Of a DNA stretch of 64,000 nt, positions 22,950 to 32,767 are shown one piece after another. Location: the NCBI GenBank assembly GCA_963716725.1, contig CAVQUB010000009.1, positions 256,001 through 320,000 of the forward strand. Reading direction: 5' to 3'. Every line of letters starts with the position of its first letter. Within the stretch, counting starts at the first letter, position 1. The translations under genes were made by a program, and so were the position numbers. The DNA is from an uncultured delta proteobacterium (GTDB taxonomy: Bacteria > Myxococcota_A > Polyangia > Polyangiales > Polyangiaceae). A model generated the notes under the pieces. That model was not told where the DNA came from. It did no database searches and was given only the letters and a program-made list of their open reading frames with translations.

Positions 22950-24527
22950 TCAGCCTGCGCCACACAGCGCGATGCACGTGCCATCCGACCCACACGCTCC
23001 CCGGCACTCGCCCGAGTCGGCGCAGGGCGCTCCGGTGGCCTTGAGCGCTTTGCACAGGCCGCGCGCCCCGGACACGTCGGCGGACGCGCCGCAGTAGAGA
23101 TCCGCGGCGCATTCGAGATCCGAAGCGCACACCTGCCCTGGATTTCCCGGGGCTTCGCAGGTCCCCGCGCGGCAGACCGAGCCGGCTGCGCACTGATGCG
23201 AAGCGGCGCACGCTTTGCCGCGCGTCAGGAGAGCGAGGCACACCAGCGGAGAGTCCGCGTCTTTTTGCACGACCTCCCGCGCTGGCGCGGAAGCCGACGG
23301 CACCGCGGGCTCGCTCGGATCGGAGTCGGCGCCCGCGTCTGCCGTCGTCGCGGCGGGCACGGCTCCCGCCAGGAAGACGAGCGGGTAGACGACCGTCACG
23401 ATGCCAGCTTCTGGCGCTGGAAATGACAAGCCGGCGAACGCTTGTATGAGGCAGGCCACGACGCTCTTGTCTTCGAGGTCACCGCTGCCCCTTGGGTTCG
23501 AGACCGAGCCGTCGCGTCCGATCACGAAGCGAACGGAGACCTGGCCCTCGAGCTTCGGCTCCTTGCGCAGCCCGTCTTCATAGCAGAGACGGAAGCGAGC
23601 GAATCTTCGGCGCACGACGCGATGGATGACCTCTGGCGGCAACCGACCGTTGACCGTCGCAGCGCCAGCTCTCACTCGCGGCGCGGCAGACGATTGCGCG
23701 CGGCCGAGCCGACCTTGACCCGAGGAGGCAAAGCCGCCAATCGAGCCGAGACCGCCGCCTTCGCCGCGACCGCCTCCGGCGTCGGGGCCCGAGCCCTTCA
23801 CCCCTAGGGTGCCGAACCCCAGCGGGTCCGGTCCGCCGCGAGGCCCGGTCTTTTCGGCGCTCGAGCGTCGCTTGGCGAGCTCGTGCTCGAGCTCCAGGGA
23901 CAAGACGGGCGGATAGCCGAGCGCGTACGCGGGTCGAAATGGACCGAAGTCACAAGCGTACCCACTCGAGCACGACGCGCGCATCTCGTCGAAGAGAAAC
24001 AACAGCGGCGCGTCGCACGACTCGGCGGCAGAGCCTTGCCGACGACACGCGCCATCGCTCTCGAACTTGGCGTCAGCGCACCACAGGCCCGCCCGGCAAT
24101 CGAGGCTGGTGCGGCACGCCCCGCCCTCGGCCTGCACGCCGGTCGAGAGCCCTTCGCACTCGGGATACGCGCCGAGATCTCGTGTGCGCAGCGTCGACTT
24201 CCACGTAGCGCTCTCGATGGCACGCGCACATGCCTCTGCCGCAGGCTTGTGGAGTTTCACTCGGCCCGCGCGAACGCTGGGCTCGAGCGCGGCGACGCAT
24301 GCTTCCACCGGGCGAGAAGCCAGCGCGACCAAGCGATCGTACTGCGGACGCCCCTTGTCTTCGGGAGTGCAGCGCGCCTCGAGCTGCCGCTTCGGTGCTT
24401 CGAACAGCAAGCGGCAGAACGTGTCGGCCTTGTCGACGAGGTTGGGATCCGCGGGCGTGGGAGAAGTCTTGAACCAGCTGCAGGCCGCGACGAGACCAAG
24501 GAGCGCCGCGCTCGTGTGGAGCCGCAT
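22950..24527 (-). CDS. Cys-rich lipoprotein with AgmX/PglI (TonB-C-like) domain
   Basis: Lipobox VAAC; GRLPPEVIHRVVRR..RLCYEDGLRKEPKLEGQVSVRFVIGRDG; C-x4-C repeats. Confidence 0.8.
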   Translation of the reverse strand: MRLHTSAALLGLVAACSWFKTSPTPADPNLVDKADTFCRLLFEAPKRQLEARCTPEDKGRPQYDRLVALASRPVEACVAALEPSVRAGRVKLHKPAAEACARAIESATWKSTLRTRDLGAYPECEGLSTGVQAEGGACRTSLDCRAGLWCADAKFESDGACRRQGSAAESCDAPLLFLFDEMRASCSSGYACDFGPFRPAYALGYPPVLSLELEHELAKRRSSAEKTGPRGGPDPLGFGTLGVKGSGPDAGGGRGEGGGLGSIGGFASSGQGRLGRAQSSAAPRVRAGAATVNGRLPPEVIHRVVRRRFARFRLCYEDGLRKEPKLEGQVSVRFVIGRDGSVSNPRGSGDLEDKSVVACLIQAFAGLSFPAPEAGIVTVVYPLVFLAGAVPAATTADAGADSDPSEPAVPSASAPAREVVQKDADSPLVCLALLTRGKACAASHQCAAGSVCRAGTCEAPGNPGQVCASDLECAADLYCGASADVSGARGLCKALKATGAPCADSGECRGACGSDGTCIALCGAG

Positions 24528-24580
24528 CTGCAGCACGCTACCACGCGCGAGCGCGCGGCCCGCACGGCGGCTGAACGAAC

Positions 24581-25033
24581 TCACTGGGCGCGTTGCAGGC
24601 GGAGCTTCAAGCTCGCCTTGTCGCTCGCGCTCCACGCGCTCGTGCCGGCTCCTGCGAGGGCGGCGCCCTCACACGCAACCGTGCCGCTCAGTTCGTATTT
24701 TGCTTCGTGGCCGCTGCGCAAGACCACGCTCTTGGCGCTGAACTCGCCCGTGGGCTTCACGGTGCCCGACAGCGTCCCGAGATCGGGGTTGTCGGACTCG
24801 GCAGTGCTGCCCGTCATCCGGCCGCTGGCCGCGATCACCAGGTCGATGGTGCCGGAACGAACCAAATCGGGCTGGGAAAGCGCGAAGGTCTGCCACTCGC
24901 CGATCCAATGCCCGACCGGGAGCGTGCCGGACTGGCAACCGCCGACGGGTGACTCGCCCGGCGTCGCGGCGCCGCCCGCGCAACCGCTGAGCACCAGGAG
25001 CGACGGGACCAACATCCGAGTCAGGACAGTCAC
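24581..25033 (-). CDS. Hypothetical lipoprotein
   Basis: Lipobox LSGC; beta-rich body. Confidence 0.65.
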   Translation of the reverse strand: MTVLTRMLVPSLLVLSGCAGGAATPGESPVGGCQSGTLPVGHWIGEWQTFALSQPDLVRSGTIDLVIAASGRMTGSTAESDNPDLGTLSGTVKPTGEFSAKSVVLRSGHEAKYELSGTVACEGAALAGAGTSAWSASDKASLKLRLQRAQ

Positions 25034-25105
25034 GCGCGACTCTTAGCAGAACCGGCCGGCGCCCGATAGCGCGGCCCGCGGAGCCCTGAGGTACAGTCGC
25101 CGGCG

Positions 25106-26482
25106 ATGGGCGAACTTCCGGTCTTCGGCGAATGCCAGGTGATCGAGAAGCTGCGTTCGGAGCCGGTCGCGGATTTATTTCACGCCGTGCAGCAGCCGCT
25201 GGGCCGCCCTGTCCTGCTCAAGGCGTTGTCCTCGAGCATCTTGCCCTCTTCGCCCTTCGCCGCGTCCCTGGAACGCGAGGCGCGCGTGCTCGCTGAGCTT
25301 CACCACCCGAACATCCTGCACGTCCTCGACTTCGTCCGACGAGAAGACCGCATGTGGCTCGTCCTCGAGTACGTCGACGGCTGGCCGCTAGAAGAGCTGG
25401 CGAAGATCGTGAAGAAGCTGCCACCGCTGACGGCGGCCGCCATCGCCCTCGAGGTGGCGCGCGCGCTCGAACACGCCCACCGTCACGGGGTCGTGCACCG
25501 AGACGTACAGCCGAAGAACATCATGATCTCACGCCGCGGCCACGTGAAGCTCATGAACTTCTCGGTGGCTGTCGACGGGCGCTTGCCCACGGCGCCCGAG
25601 TTGCTCGACGGCGCGAGCAGCTTCGGCGGCCCCCTCTACCTTTCGCCCGAGCAAATCTTGGGTGAGGCAGCGGACCCGCGCAGCGACATGTTCTCGCTGG
25701 GCGTGGTGCTCTACGAGCTCTTGGCAGGAGTTCGCCCCTTCGACGCTCCCGACGAGCGCACTGCCGCGCAGCGCATCCGACACGACGCCGCTCCGCCCCT
25801 GGCGCGGGCGGTATCGGGAGTGCCGCCTTCGCTCGAGAGGCTCGTCCAGCGCTGCCTCGAGAAGATGCCCAGCGATCGCTTCGCGAGCACCGAAGACGTC
25901 GTGTTGGCCCTCGAGCGGTTCTCGAACGAGAGCGGCGTCACCTCGTCGCATCGCCAGATCTTGCGCACGCTCGTCCAGTCGGGTCTCACCGAGGACGCTC
26001 CCCGGTCCATCGTCGATACCTCGAGGGTGCGGGCCGAGCCCGCGGAAGCTCCGGCGGTGAGCTGGGCGGTCCTTGGCTTCGTCGCTTGCCTCGGCTTGGT
26101 GGTGGTAGTCGGCGCTGCGATCCACTGGGTAGCCTCCCGAGAAGAGGGGGCCGCGCCGGGGCGTCGGGGTCCCACCGAGCTCGCGCTGGTGCCCAAGCGC
26201 CCCGCGTATCTGCGCGTCGTCGCCGATCCGTGGGCTCACGTCGTGGTCGACGGGCAGCGGGTCGACACCACGCCTTTCGCGCGGGCGATTCCCCTGACGG
26301 CGGGCACCCACTACGTCCGGCTCGAGCACCCCAACGCGGCTACCGAGCGTCGCACGCTCACGCTGGCTGCGGGCGAGACCGTGGTGCTCGACGTCAAGAT
26401 GCGGGTCGAGGGTCGAGCGGCAGTCGACGCTGGCGATCCACTTTTGCCACCGGCCAGCGACGCGGGCCAAGAGACGCCCTGA
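25106..26482 (+). CDS. Membrane Ser/Thr kinase-fold protein with PEGA domain (probable pseudokinase)
   Basis: Kinase fold with HRDVQPKN, NFS in place of DFG, no Gly-rich loop; TM; PEGA (DPWAHVVVDG..TTP). Confidence 0.85.
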   Translation: MGELPVFGECQVIEKLRSEPVADLFHAVQQPLGRPVLLKALSSSILPSSPFAASLEREARVLAELHHPNILHVLDFVRREDRMWLVLEYVDGWPLEELAKIVKKLPPLTAAAIALEVARALEHAHRHGVVHRDVQPKNIMISRRGHVKLMNFSVAVDGRLPTAPELLDGASSFGGPLYLSPEQILGEAADPRSDMFSLGVVLYELLAGVRPFDAPDERTAAQRIRHDAAPPLARAVSGVPPSLERLVQRCLEKMPSDRFASTEDVVLALERFSNESGVTSSHRQILRTLVQSGLTEDAPRSIVDTSRVRAEPAEAPAVSWAVLGFVACLGLVVVVGAAIHWVASREEGAAPGRRGPTELALVPKRPAYLRVVADPWAHVVVDGQRVDTTPFARAIPLTAGTHYVRLEHPNAATERRTLTLAAGETVVLDVKMRVEGRAAVDAGDPLLPPASDAGQETP

Positions 26483-26483
26483 G

Positions 26484-27230
26484 TCAGCCTCGGGAGTTCT
26501 TCCACTTCGAGCGCTCTTCTTCGAAGATGCGCGAGAGGCGCCGCTGCTCCTGGACAAACGCCGCGTAGGTCCTGGGCACGCGGGGATCGGCAGTGAAGAT
26601 GCTCAGGATTCGCACCGCGGCTTCGGCGTCATCGCTCGCTCGATGCGCTTGGTTGATCTCCACGCCCAATCGAGCCGCAACCTCGCCGAGAGACTTGCCC
26701 TTCTCGAACTTCTGCAGCTCGCGGGCCCAGGTCAGAGGATCGATCCAGTCCACGCCACGCCGACACGCGGGGGATTTCTTGTCCGAGATGCCCGCTCGCT
26801 CGAGCTCGGCGAAGAGAAACGCGCGGTCGAACTCGGCGTTGTAGGCCACGGGCACTGCCCCTTCGAGCGCAGCGACCACCTCGGCCGCGATCTCGGCGAA
26901 CCTGGGCTTGTCGCCCACGTCGTCGTCACTGATGCCGTGAACGTCGAAGGCCTCTTTGGGGATCGGTATGCCCGGGTTCACCAGCCAGCGCTTGCGCGAA
27001 GTCACTACGCCGCCCCGGAAGTGCACGCAGGCGATCTCGACGATGCGATCGACGGCCGCATCCCTCCCGGTCGTCTCGGTGTCGACGGCGACCAGGGGTA
27101 GGTCGGATAGCTCGCGCTCGGCGCCGAACTCCTCGGCAACGCCGACGGCGACCGCGCGCAGCAGGTGTGCGATGCCCGGGTAGTGACGCCCAGTCGGGAA
27201 GCAGCCGCCCCCGTCGGCGCCGCCCCTCAT
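26484..27230 (-). CDS. DEDDh 3'-5' exonuclease (DnaQ-like)
   Basis: VDTETTG, AYNAEFD, AHRASDDA. Confidence 0.9.
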   Translation of the reverse strand: MRGGADGGGCFPTGRHYPGIAHLLRAVAVGVAEEFGAERELSDLPLVAVDTETTGRDAAVDRIVEIACVHFRGGVVTSRKRWLVNPGIPIPKEAFDVHGISDDDVGDKPRFAEIAAEVVAALEGAVPVAYNAEFDRAFLFAELERAGISDKKSPACRRGVDWIDPLTWARELQKFEKGKSLGEVAARLGVEINQAHRASDDAEAAVRILSIFTADPRVPRTYAAFVQEQRRLSRIFEEERSKWKNSRG

Positions 27231-28213
27231 TTTCCGGGCGCCCTGCCGCTCGCTGCGGGCGCGGCCGATCCGGAAGGGGCCGCCGAGGTCGGCGCTGCCG
27301 GCTCGGGCTTCTTGCCCGGAGTGAGCTCCAGCTCCAGCGCTATCCAGTCGGCAAAGTCCTCGGAGAAATCGAAATAGTCGAGGTCGTAGTGGCGACCGTT
27401 GATGAAGATCAGCGGCGTGGACGCGAGGTCGAGCGCATCGCCGTGCTTTCGATCTCGCGCCACCTCGTCCGCGATGACTTCACTGGTGAGATCCTCGTCG
27501 AACTTTTTCATGTCGAGGCCGAGCCCCTTGGCCAGCTTCTCGAGGGCGAGGTCGTCTGGCGGGGTCGGCTGCATCTCGAACAACTTGCCGTGCATCTCCC
27601 AGAACTTTCCCTGGCGCCCCGCGGCCAACGCCGCGCGCGCTGCCTTCTCCGCGTGCTTGTGGATGCTGAGGGGATAGTTCTTGAAGACGAGCCGGACCTG
27701 CGACGGGTACTTGGCGAGCAGCTTCTCGAGAACGGGCTGCGCCTTGCCACACCCCGGACACTCGAAGTCGGCAAACTCGACGATGGTGACCACCGCGTCG
27801 TCGGGCCCCTTGGACGGAGAGCCCGCGAAGGGCACCGGCTTGACTTGATCGGGCGCGAAGCGCTTCTTGAAGGCGGCGTCGAGCTGCGCGCGCGTCTTGC
27901 CCTTGCGCACGTGCTTGGCCAGGAGCTTCGCCGCTGGCTCGCACGCCGCGCAGGCGCGCTTTTCTTTCACGCACTGCGCGAGGCTCACGGCCTGGTCGGG
28001 GCAGGGAGCGAGTAACTCCGTCACGGCGCCTGACCAGTCGTGCTTCTCGCGAGAGGTCAACTGGGAGGTGTCCACGCCCGGAAGCTCGACGATCGTGCCG
28101 GAATCGTTGCCCGCCGGCCCCTTGCCGCCCTCACCCGGAGAGCGGCACGTGCTCAGCTTGAAATGAAGCAGCGAGAACGCGAGTACGGCTCCCACCAAGC
28201 GCAGGCTCAGCAT
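27227..28213 (-). CDS. DsbA/thioredoxin-fold periplasmic protein
   Basis: EFADFECPGCG, STPLIFINGR. Confidence 0.9.
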   Translation of the reverse strand: MLSLRLVGAVLAFSLLHFKLSTCRSPGEGGKGPAGNDSGTIVELPGVDTSQLTSREKHDWSGAVTELLAPCPDQAVSLAQCVKEKRACAACEPAAKLLAKHVRKGKTRAQLDAAFKKRFAPDQVKPVPFAGSPSKGPDDAVVTIVEFADFECPGCGKAQPVLEKLLAKYPSQVRLVFKNYPLSIHKHAEKAARAALAAGRQGKFWEMHGKLFEMQPTPPDDLALEKLAKGLGLDMKKFDEDLTSEVIADEVARDRKHGDALDLASTPLIFINGRHYDLDYFDFSEDFADWIALELELTPGKKPEPAAPTSAAPSGSAAPAASGRAPGK

Positions 28214-28299
28214 GGCGGTGGCTATATCATCGGTCGCCGGCTGGCTCTAGGTCGCTCAGGAAGACGCCGCCCGGGCCCCAATTGAGGTAGATCCCGGGA

Positions 28300-29889
28300 A
28301 TGGCGGATTCCATCCCGCCCGAAAGCATCCCCCAGAGCCTGCCCCCGCCCCGCAACGTCCGGCACGTGATCGCGGTCGGTGGGGGCCGTGGCGGCGTCGG
28401 CAAGAGCGTGCTCGCGGTGAACCTCGCGGTGTACCTGGCCCAGCTCGGCCGATCGGTGATGCTCGTCGATGCCGATCCAGCCGGCGCCGAGCTGCACACG
28501 ATGCTGGACGTGGACGTGCCGCTCGGCATGCCCGGCGGGCGCAAGGACTCCGCGGACGACGACCTCACGCCGGTCTCGACACCCATCCCGGGACTCTCGC
28601 TCTTGCCCCAGCTCTACACCGCTGGGTCTACCGTTCCCATTCGTCCCGGCCGCAAACCGCGGTGGGCGCGCGGACTCCGCCAGCTCGACGTCGACTACGT
28701 GCTGCTCGATCTCGGTGCCGGTACGGGACCTGCGACGCTCGATCTATTTCTGAGCGCCGACACGGGGCTGTGCGTGACGGCGCCCGAGCCGCCCAGCGTC
28801 GAAGCGACCTATCGCTTCGCACGAGCGCTCTTCCAGCGTCAGATCCGCCGCACTCTGATCAAAGACCGATTCAAGATGCGGCTGGTGGAGCGCGCCCAGT
28901 CCGAGCTGCCGCCGCTTCCCGCGCCCCAAGACCTGGTGCGCGCCATCGCTCGCTACGACGTCGCGGTGGGTGAGCTCGCAGCGAACGAGCTCGCGAAGCT
29001 GACCCTGCGAGTCGCCGTCAACGGGGTGCGCCTGCGAACCGACTCGGATCTAGGTCCCACGTTCTGCGACATGGCCCAGCGCTACCTGGGCATCCACTTC
29101 GACTACGTCGGTCACATCGAGCAAGACGACGGAGTCTGGCTGTCGGTGGTCCGGCGCCGCCCCCTGCTGATCGACAGCCCTACCAGCAAGAGCGCGCGCA
29201 ACATCGAGCGCATTGCCCGGCGGGTGCTCGCGGTCTCGACCACCCGCGACCAATCCCGCGACCTGGCGCCTATCCCGCTGGTACCGAAGGAGCTGAGCCT
29301 CTACGACGTGCTCTGGACCCACCGCGGGGCCACCGATGAAGAAGTGCGACGAGCGTTCAAGCGCCAACGCGATCTGTACCAACCCGGGAGCCTGCCGCTG
29401 ACGTCGCTCTTGAACGAGGCCGCGCTGCGGAAAGAACAGGCTCGCGTCGAAGAGGCGCACGACACGCTGCTCGATCCCATCCGGCGGCGTGCCTACGACA
29501 TTTCATTCTTCCCCGAGGCGAGCGAAGAGCGTGCCGTCCGCCCTGCCCCCCTCGACAGCGCGCTCGAGGCCGAGCGCGCCATGCTGCGGCAAGAACTCTC
29601 ACGCGAGATCAACGCCGAGACGGAGTTCACAGGACGGCTGATCGCCAAAGTTCGCGAATCCCAGGGCATCGAGATCGAGGAAATCGCCGACCACACCAAG
29701 ATCGCTGCGTCGCACTTGCGCGCCATCGAAGCCGAGACCTTCGGCGACCTGCCGGCGCTGGTGTACACCCGCGGGTTCGTGCAGCAAGTAGCCAAGTACC
29801 TCAAGCTCGATCCGGCCCAAGTGTGTCGCACCTATCTCCGGCGCATGCGTCACTGGCGCGGGACGAGCGGCGGGGAATCCAACGCCTGA
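28300..29889 (+). CDS. MinD/FlhG-like ATPase fused to J-like and RodZ-type HTH domains
   Basis: GGGRGGVGKS, LVDAD, LLDLGAG; LYDVL..EEVRRAF..AHDTLLDP.RRRAYD; HLRAIE..LP..YTRGFV. Confidence 0.8.
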   Translation: MADSIPPESIPQSLPPPRNVRHVIAVGGGRGGVGKSVLAVNLAVYLAQLGRSVMLVDADPAGAELHTMLDVDVPLGMPGGRKDSADDDLTPVSTPIPGLSLLPQLYTAGSTVPIRPGRKPRWARGLRQLDVDYVLLDLGAGTGPATLDLFLSADTGLCVTAPEPPSVEATYRFARALFQRQIRRTLIKDRFKMRLVERAQSELPPLPAPQDLVRAIARYDVAVGELAANELAKLTLRVAVNGVRLRTDSDLGPTFCDMAQRYLGIHFDYVGHIEQDDGVWLSVVRRRPLLIDSPTSKSARNIERIARRVLAVSTTRDQSRDLAPIPLVPKELSLYDVLWTHRGATDEEVRRAFKRQRDLYQPGSLPLTSLLNEAALRKEQARVEEAHDTLLDPIRRRAYDISFFPEASEERAVRPAPLDSALEAERAMLRQELSREINAETEFTGRLIAKVRESQGIEIEEIADHTKIAASHLRAIEAETFGDLPALVYTRGFVQQVAKYLKLDPAQVCRTYLRRMRHWRGTSGGESNA

Positions 29890-29904
29890 CGCCCCGTTTT
29901 ACTG

Positions 29905-31305
29905 ATGCGATCTGCTCGAGTCGACCGCGGCGATCTCGCCTTCACGCTGGCCGTGACGGTGATCGCGCTCCTGCCACGGCTGTTCGTGGCCGTCGCGTGG
30001 GCGCGAGAGCCGGTCTGGGACGGCCACTACTATCACTTTGGTGCGACACGCATCGCCGCGGGCCTCGGCTACTCCGAAGACGTGATGGTCGCCGGGCATC
30101 CGGTGTGGAAAGCGTGGTGCCACTACCCGGTCGGGCTCTCGGGGCTGCTCGGCCTCGTCTACAAAGTCTTCGGCAGCTCCATCGCGGTCGCACCCATCGT
30201 CAACGCCCTGCTCGGCGCCTTGCTCGTGGGCGTGGTGCACCGGCTGGCACGGCTGGTTCTGAGCGAGAACCGCTCGCGCATCGCCGCGACAATCGCGGCG
30301 CTGCACCCGGGCCTCATCGCCTACTCGGCGGTGGTGATGACCGAACCACTGGCCGCGCTCCTGATCGCGGTCGCGGCCCTCGTCGCGGGGCTCACCCGTC
30401 CGCGCTGGGGCGGTGCTCTCGCCGCCGGTGCGGTGCTGGGCCTGGCCACCTTGGTGCGTCCGTCGACCCTGCTCGCGCTGCCCCTGCTCGCCGTCATGGG
30501 CGGGCGACCTTGGTGGAGAGCCATGGCGCTCGCCGCCGTGGCCTCCGTGGCTGCGCTCGTGGTCGTGTCGCCGTGGACCTTGCGCAACTGCCGCGTGATG
30601 GATGGTTGCGCGCTGGTCTCGACCAACGGCGGCTGGAACCTCGCCATTGGTGCCGTCAGCGACACCGGACGCTTCGACACTCTGCGCGGCGCCGACGGCT
30701 GCCCCAACGTCAGCGGGCAGGTGCAGCAAGATCGCTGCTGGGCGGCCGTGGGCCGGGCGCGCATCGCGGCCGATCCCTGGCGTTGGCTCGCGCTGGTGCC
30801 GAAGAAGCTCGGACACACCTTCGACCACGAGTCATTCGCCGTGGAGTACCTACGGGAGGCCGACCCACATTCGTGGCCCGAGTCACGCCGGGTAGCGGGG
30901 CGGGGTTTGCTCACCTTGTTCCATCGGCTGCTCTTGATCGGCGCCGCGCTCTCCGTCGTGAGCTACGTCCCCTTCGGCAGTCGCGAGAGCAAGAAGCAGT
31001 ATTCTCAGTCGGCACTCCTCTTGGCGATCATCGCCGCGGCGACCTACGCCTTTGCCGACATCAGACACCCCTTCTTCTGGTTGCCCACGCTCTTGCCGCT
31101 GGTAGCGCTCTTGCCGATCCCCGGTCGACCCGCCCAGGGCCCGGTGGGGCGCTACCTGCTTTGCCTGATCGCTGCCACCGCCCTGACGCACGCGGTGTTC
31201 TTCGGGGACGACCGCTATCACTTGGTGGTGACGCCGGTCTTCTGCATCTTCGCCGCGGCAGCCCTGCGCAAAGAAACCGACCGCGCGGCGGCGACCGCCG
31301 TCTGA
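29905..31305 (+). CDS. GT39/PMT-like (GT-C) membrane glycosyltransferase
   Basis: WDGHYY, HYPVG, MTEP, LVRP, PWTLRN..STNGG, GDDRYH. Confidence 0.8.
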   Translation: MRSARVDRGDLAFTLAVTVIALLPRLFVAVAWAREPVWDGHYYHFGATRIAAGLGYSEDVMVAGHPVWKAWCHYPVGLSGLLGLVYKVFGSSIAVAPIVNALLGALLVGVVHRLARLVLSENRSRIAATIAALHPGLIAYSAVVMTEPLAALLIAVAALVAGLTRPRWGGALAAGAVLGLATLVRPSTLLALPLLAVMGGRPWWRAMALAAVASVAALVVVSPWTLRNCRVMDGCALVSTNGGWNLAIGAVSDTGRFDTLRGADGCPNVSGQVQQDRCWAAVGRARIAADPWRWLALVPKKLGHTFDHESFAVEYLREADPHSWPESRRVAGRGLLTLFHRLLLIGAALSVVSYVPFGSRESKKQYSQSALLLAIIAAATYAFADIRHPFFWLPTLLPLVALLPIPGRPAQGPVGRYLLCLIAATALTHAVFFGDDRYHLVVTPVFCIFAAAALRKETDRAAATAV

Positions 31306-31306
31306 T

Positions 31307-32767
31307 TCACAGGCATTCTTCTTTGTAGACGCGCACGCCGCTGCCGTCGGTGCGGTAGGGCGGCAGGCAGTCGGGGGAATGGCCGCTGGCCGACGAGACC
31401 GGCGCCGGGGGCCTGCCTCGCGTCGGCGAGGCCACGGGGAGGGTTCGCAGTGCGCGTCTCCCGACGGCCGCTGGCGCTTCGGTGTTGAGCACTGCGCGCG
31501 CCGAGCTGGACTCGGCCGGGAGCGAATCGCTAGGCAAGCGCGGGGCCACCGGCAACGGATCCGTCCGTTCCGCCGCGGGCACCCGCTCAGGCGTGGCGTG
31601 CGGCCGAGTGAACTCGCGCAGCCCGAAGATGGCGCTCACGGCCAGCAAGGCCCCGAGCACCAGCGCGGTGTTCCACGAGCTCCTCGCGCCGGGCGCGGCG
31701 GACGCGCTGACCCCTGGCTGCGAGTCGGTGACGGCCGCAGCGCGCTCGGTCACCGGCTCGACGCCTTGCACGACGCGAGGGGGTGCACGCAGACTCGAGC
31801 GCACACCGCGCTCGAGGCGGCTCACCAGTTTCGCCCGCTCATCCAAGATGGGCTGGCCGAGTCGGGAAACCCAGTCGCGAACCTCCCAACGCGGAGCTGG
31901 GGGGCAAGCCGCCGCCAACGCGCGGGCGAAATCGAGGGCCGAGGCGTGACGCCCCTTCGCGGCGTAGCAGAGCGCGCGGGTGATCTCAGTCTCCACTGCC
32001 TTGGCCTCGGCCTCGCTGGCGCGCGCCAGAGCGAAGCCGTCGGGGCCCAGAGCGATGGCATCGACCAGCTCGCGCGCGCTCTCTCGTTCGTGGAGGCGGC
32101 GACCGGCGCAGAGCTCCCAGAGCACCACGGCAGCGGCGTACACGTCGGCGCGACCGTCGATGTCGCGCAGCTCGAGCTGCTCGGGCGCCATGTACGCGAT
32201 CTTGCCCTTCAGTTCACCGATTCGGGTGGTCTGGGCGCGCCGAGCCGCCTTGGCCACACCGAGGTCGAGGAGGCGCACGACGCCGTCTTCGCCCACGATC
32301 ACGTTTTGCGGAGAGACGTCTCGGTGCACGATGTGCAATGATTTTCCGCGATCGTCCCGGGCCTCGTGGATCGCGTGCAGACCCTCGAGCATGTCGATGC
32401 CGACGGCCACCACCACCGCCAGGGGGATCAGCGTCTGGGTCTGTCGCGCCTTGGAAATGAGCCACGACAGCGGGACGCCGGCGACATACTCGAGGACCAG
32501 CAGCAGATCGCTGCCCTCGGCGACGACGTCGAGCAGCGGGACCACGTTCGAGTGGCGCACGCGCGCCGTGAGCCGGGCCTCGTCGAGTAGCATGGCAACC
32601 AGCTCCGGATCGCGGGCGTACTCCCGGCGCAGGCGCTTGACCGCGACGATGCACGAGTGACCCAGGGGCCCGCACTGGCGGGCCAGGTGAACGGTCGCCA
32701 TGCCGCCCGAGCCGATGGCGTCGCCCAGCACGTAGCGTCCGCCGGCGAAGGGGGGGTCCGAGATCAC
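31307..32767 (-). CDS. Membrane Ser/Thr protein kinase with Cys-closed C-terminal tail
   Basis: GSGGMA, VAVK, HRDVSPQN, DLG, APE; TM; ends DCLPPYRTDGSGVRVYKEECL; GTG overlaps upstream stop. Confidence 0.9.
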   Translation of the reverse strand: MISDPPFAGGRYVLGDAIGSGGMATVHLARQCGPLGHSCIVAVKRLRREYARDPELVAMLLDEARLTARVRHSNVVPLLDVVAEGSDLLLVLEYVAGVPLSWLISKARQTQTLIPLAVVVAVGIDMLEGLHAIHEARDDRGKSLHIVHRDVSPQNVIVGEDGVVRLLDLGVAKAARRAQTTRIGELKGKIAYMAPEQLELRDIDGRADVYAAAVVLWELCAGRRLHERESARELVDAIALGPDGFALARASEAEAKAVETEITRALCYAAKGRHASALDFARALAAACPPAPRWEVRDWVSRLGQPILDERAKLVSRLERGVRSSLRAPPRVVQGVEPVTERAAAVTDSQPGVSASAAPGARSSWNTALVLGALLAVSAIFGLREFTRPHATPERVPAAERTDPLPVAPRLPSDSLPAESSSARAVLNTEAPAAVGRRALRTLPVASPTRGRPPAPVSSASGHSPDCLPPYRTDGSGVRVYKEECL

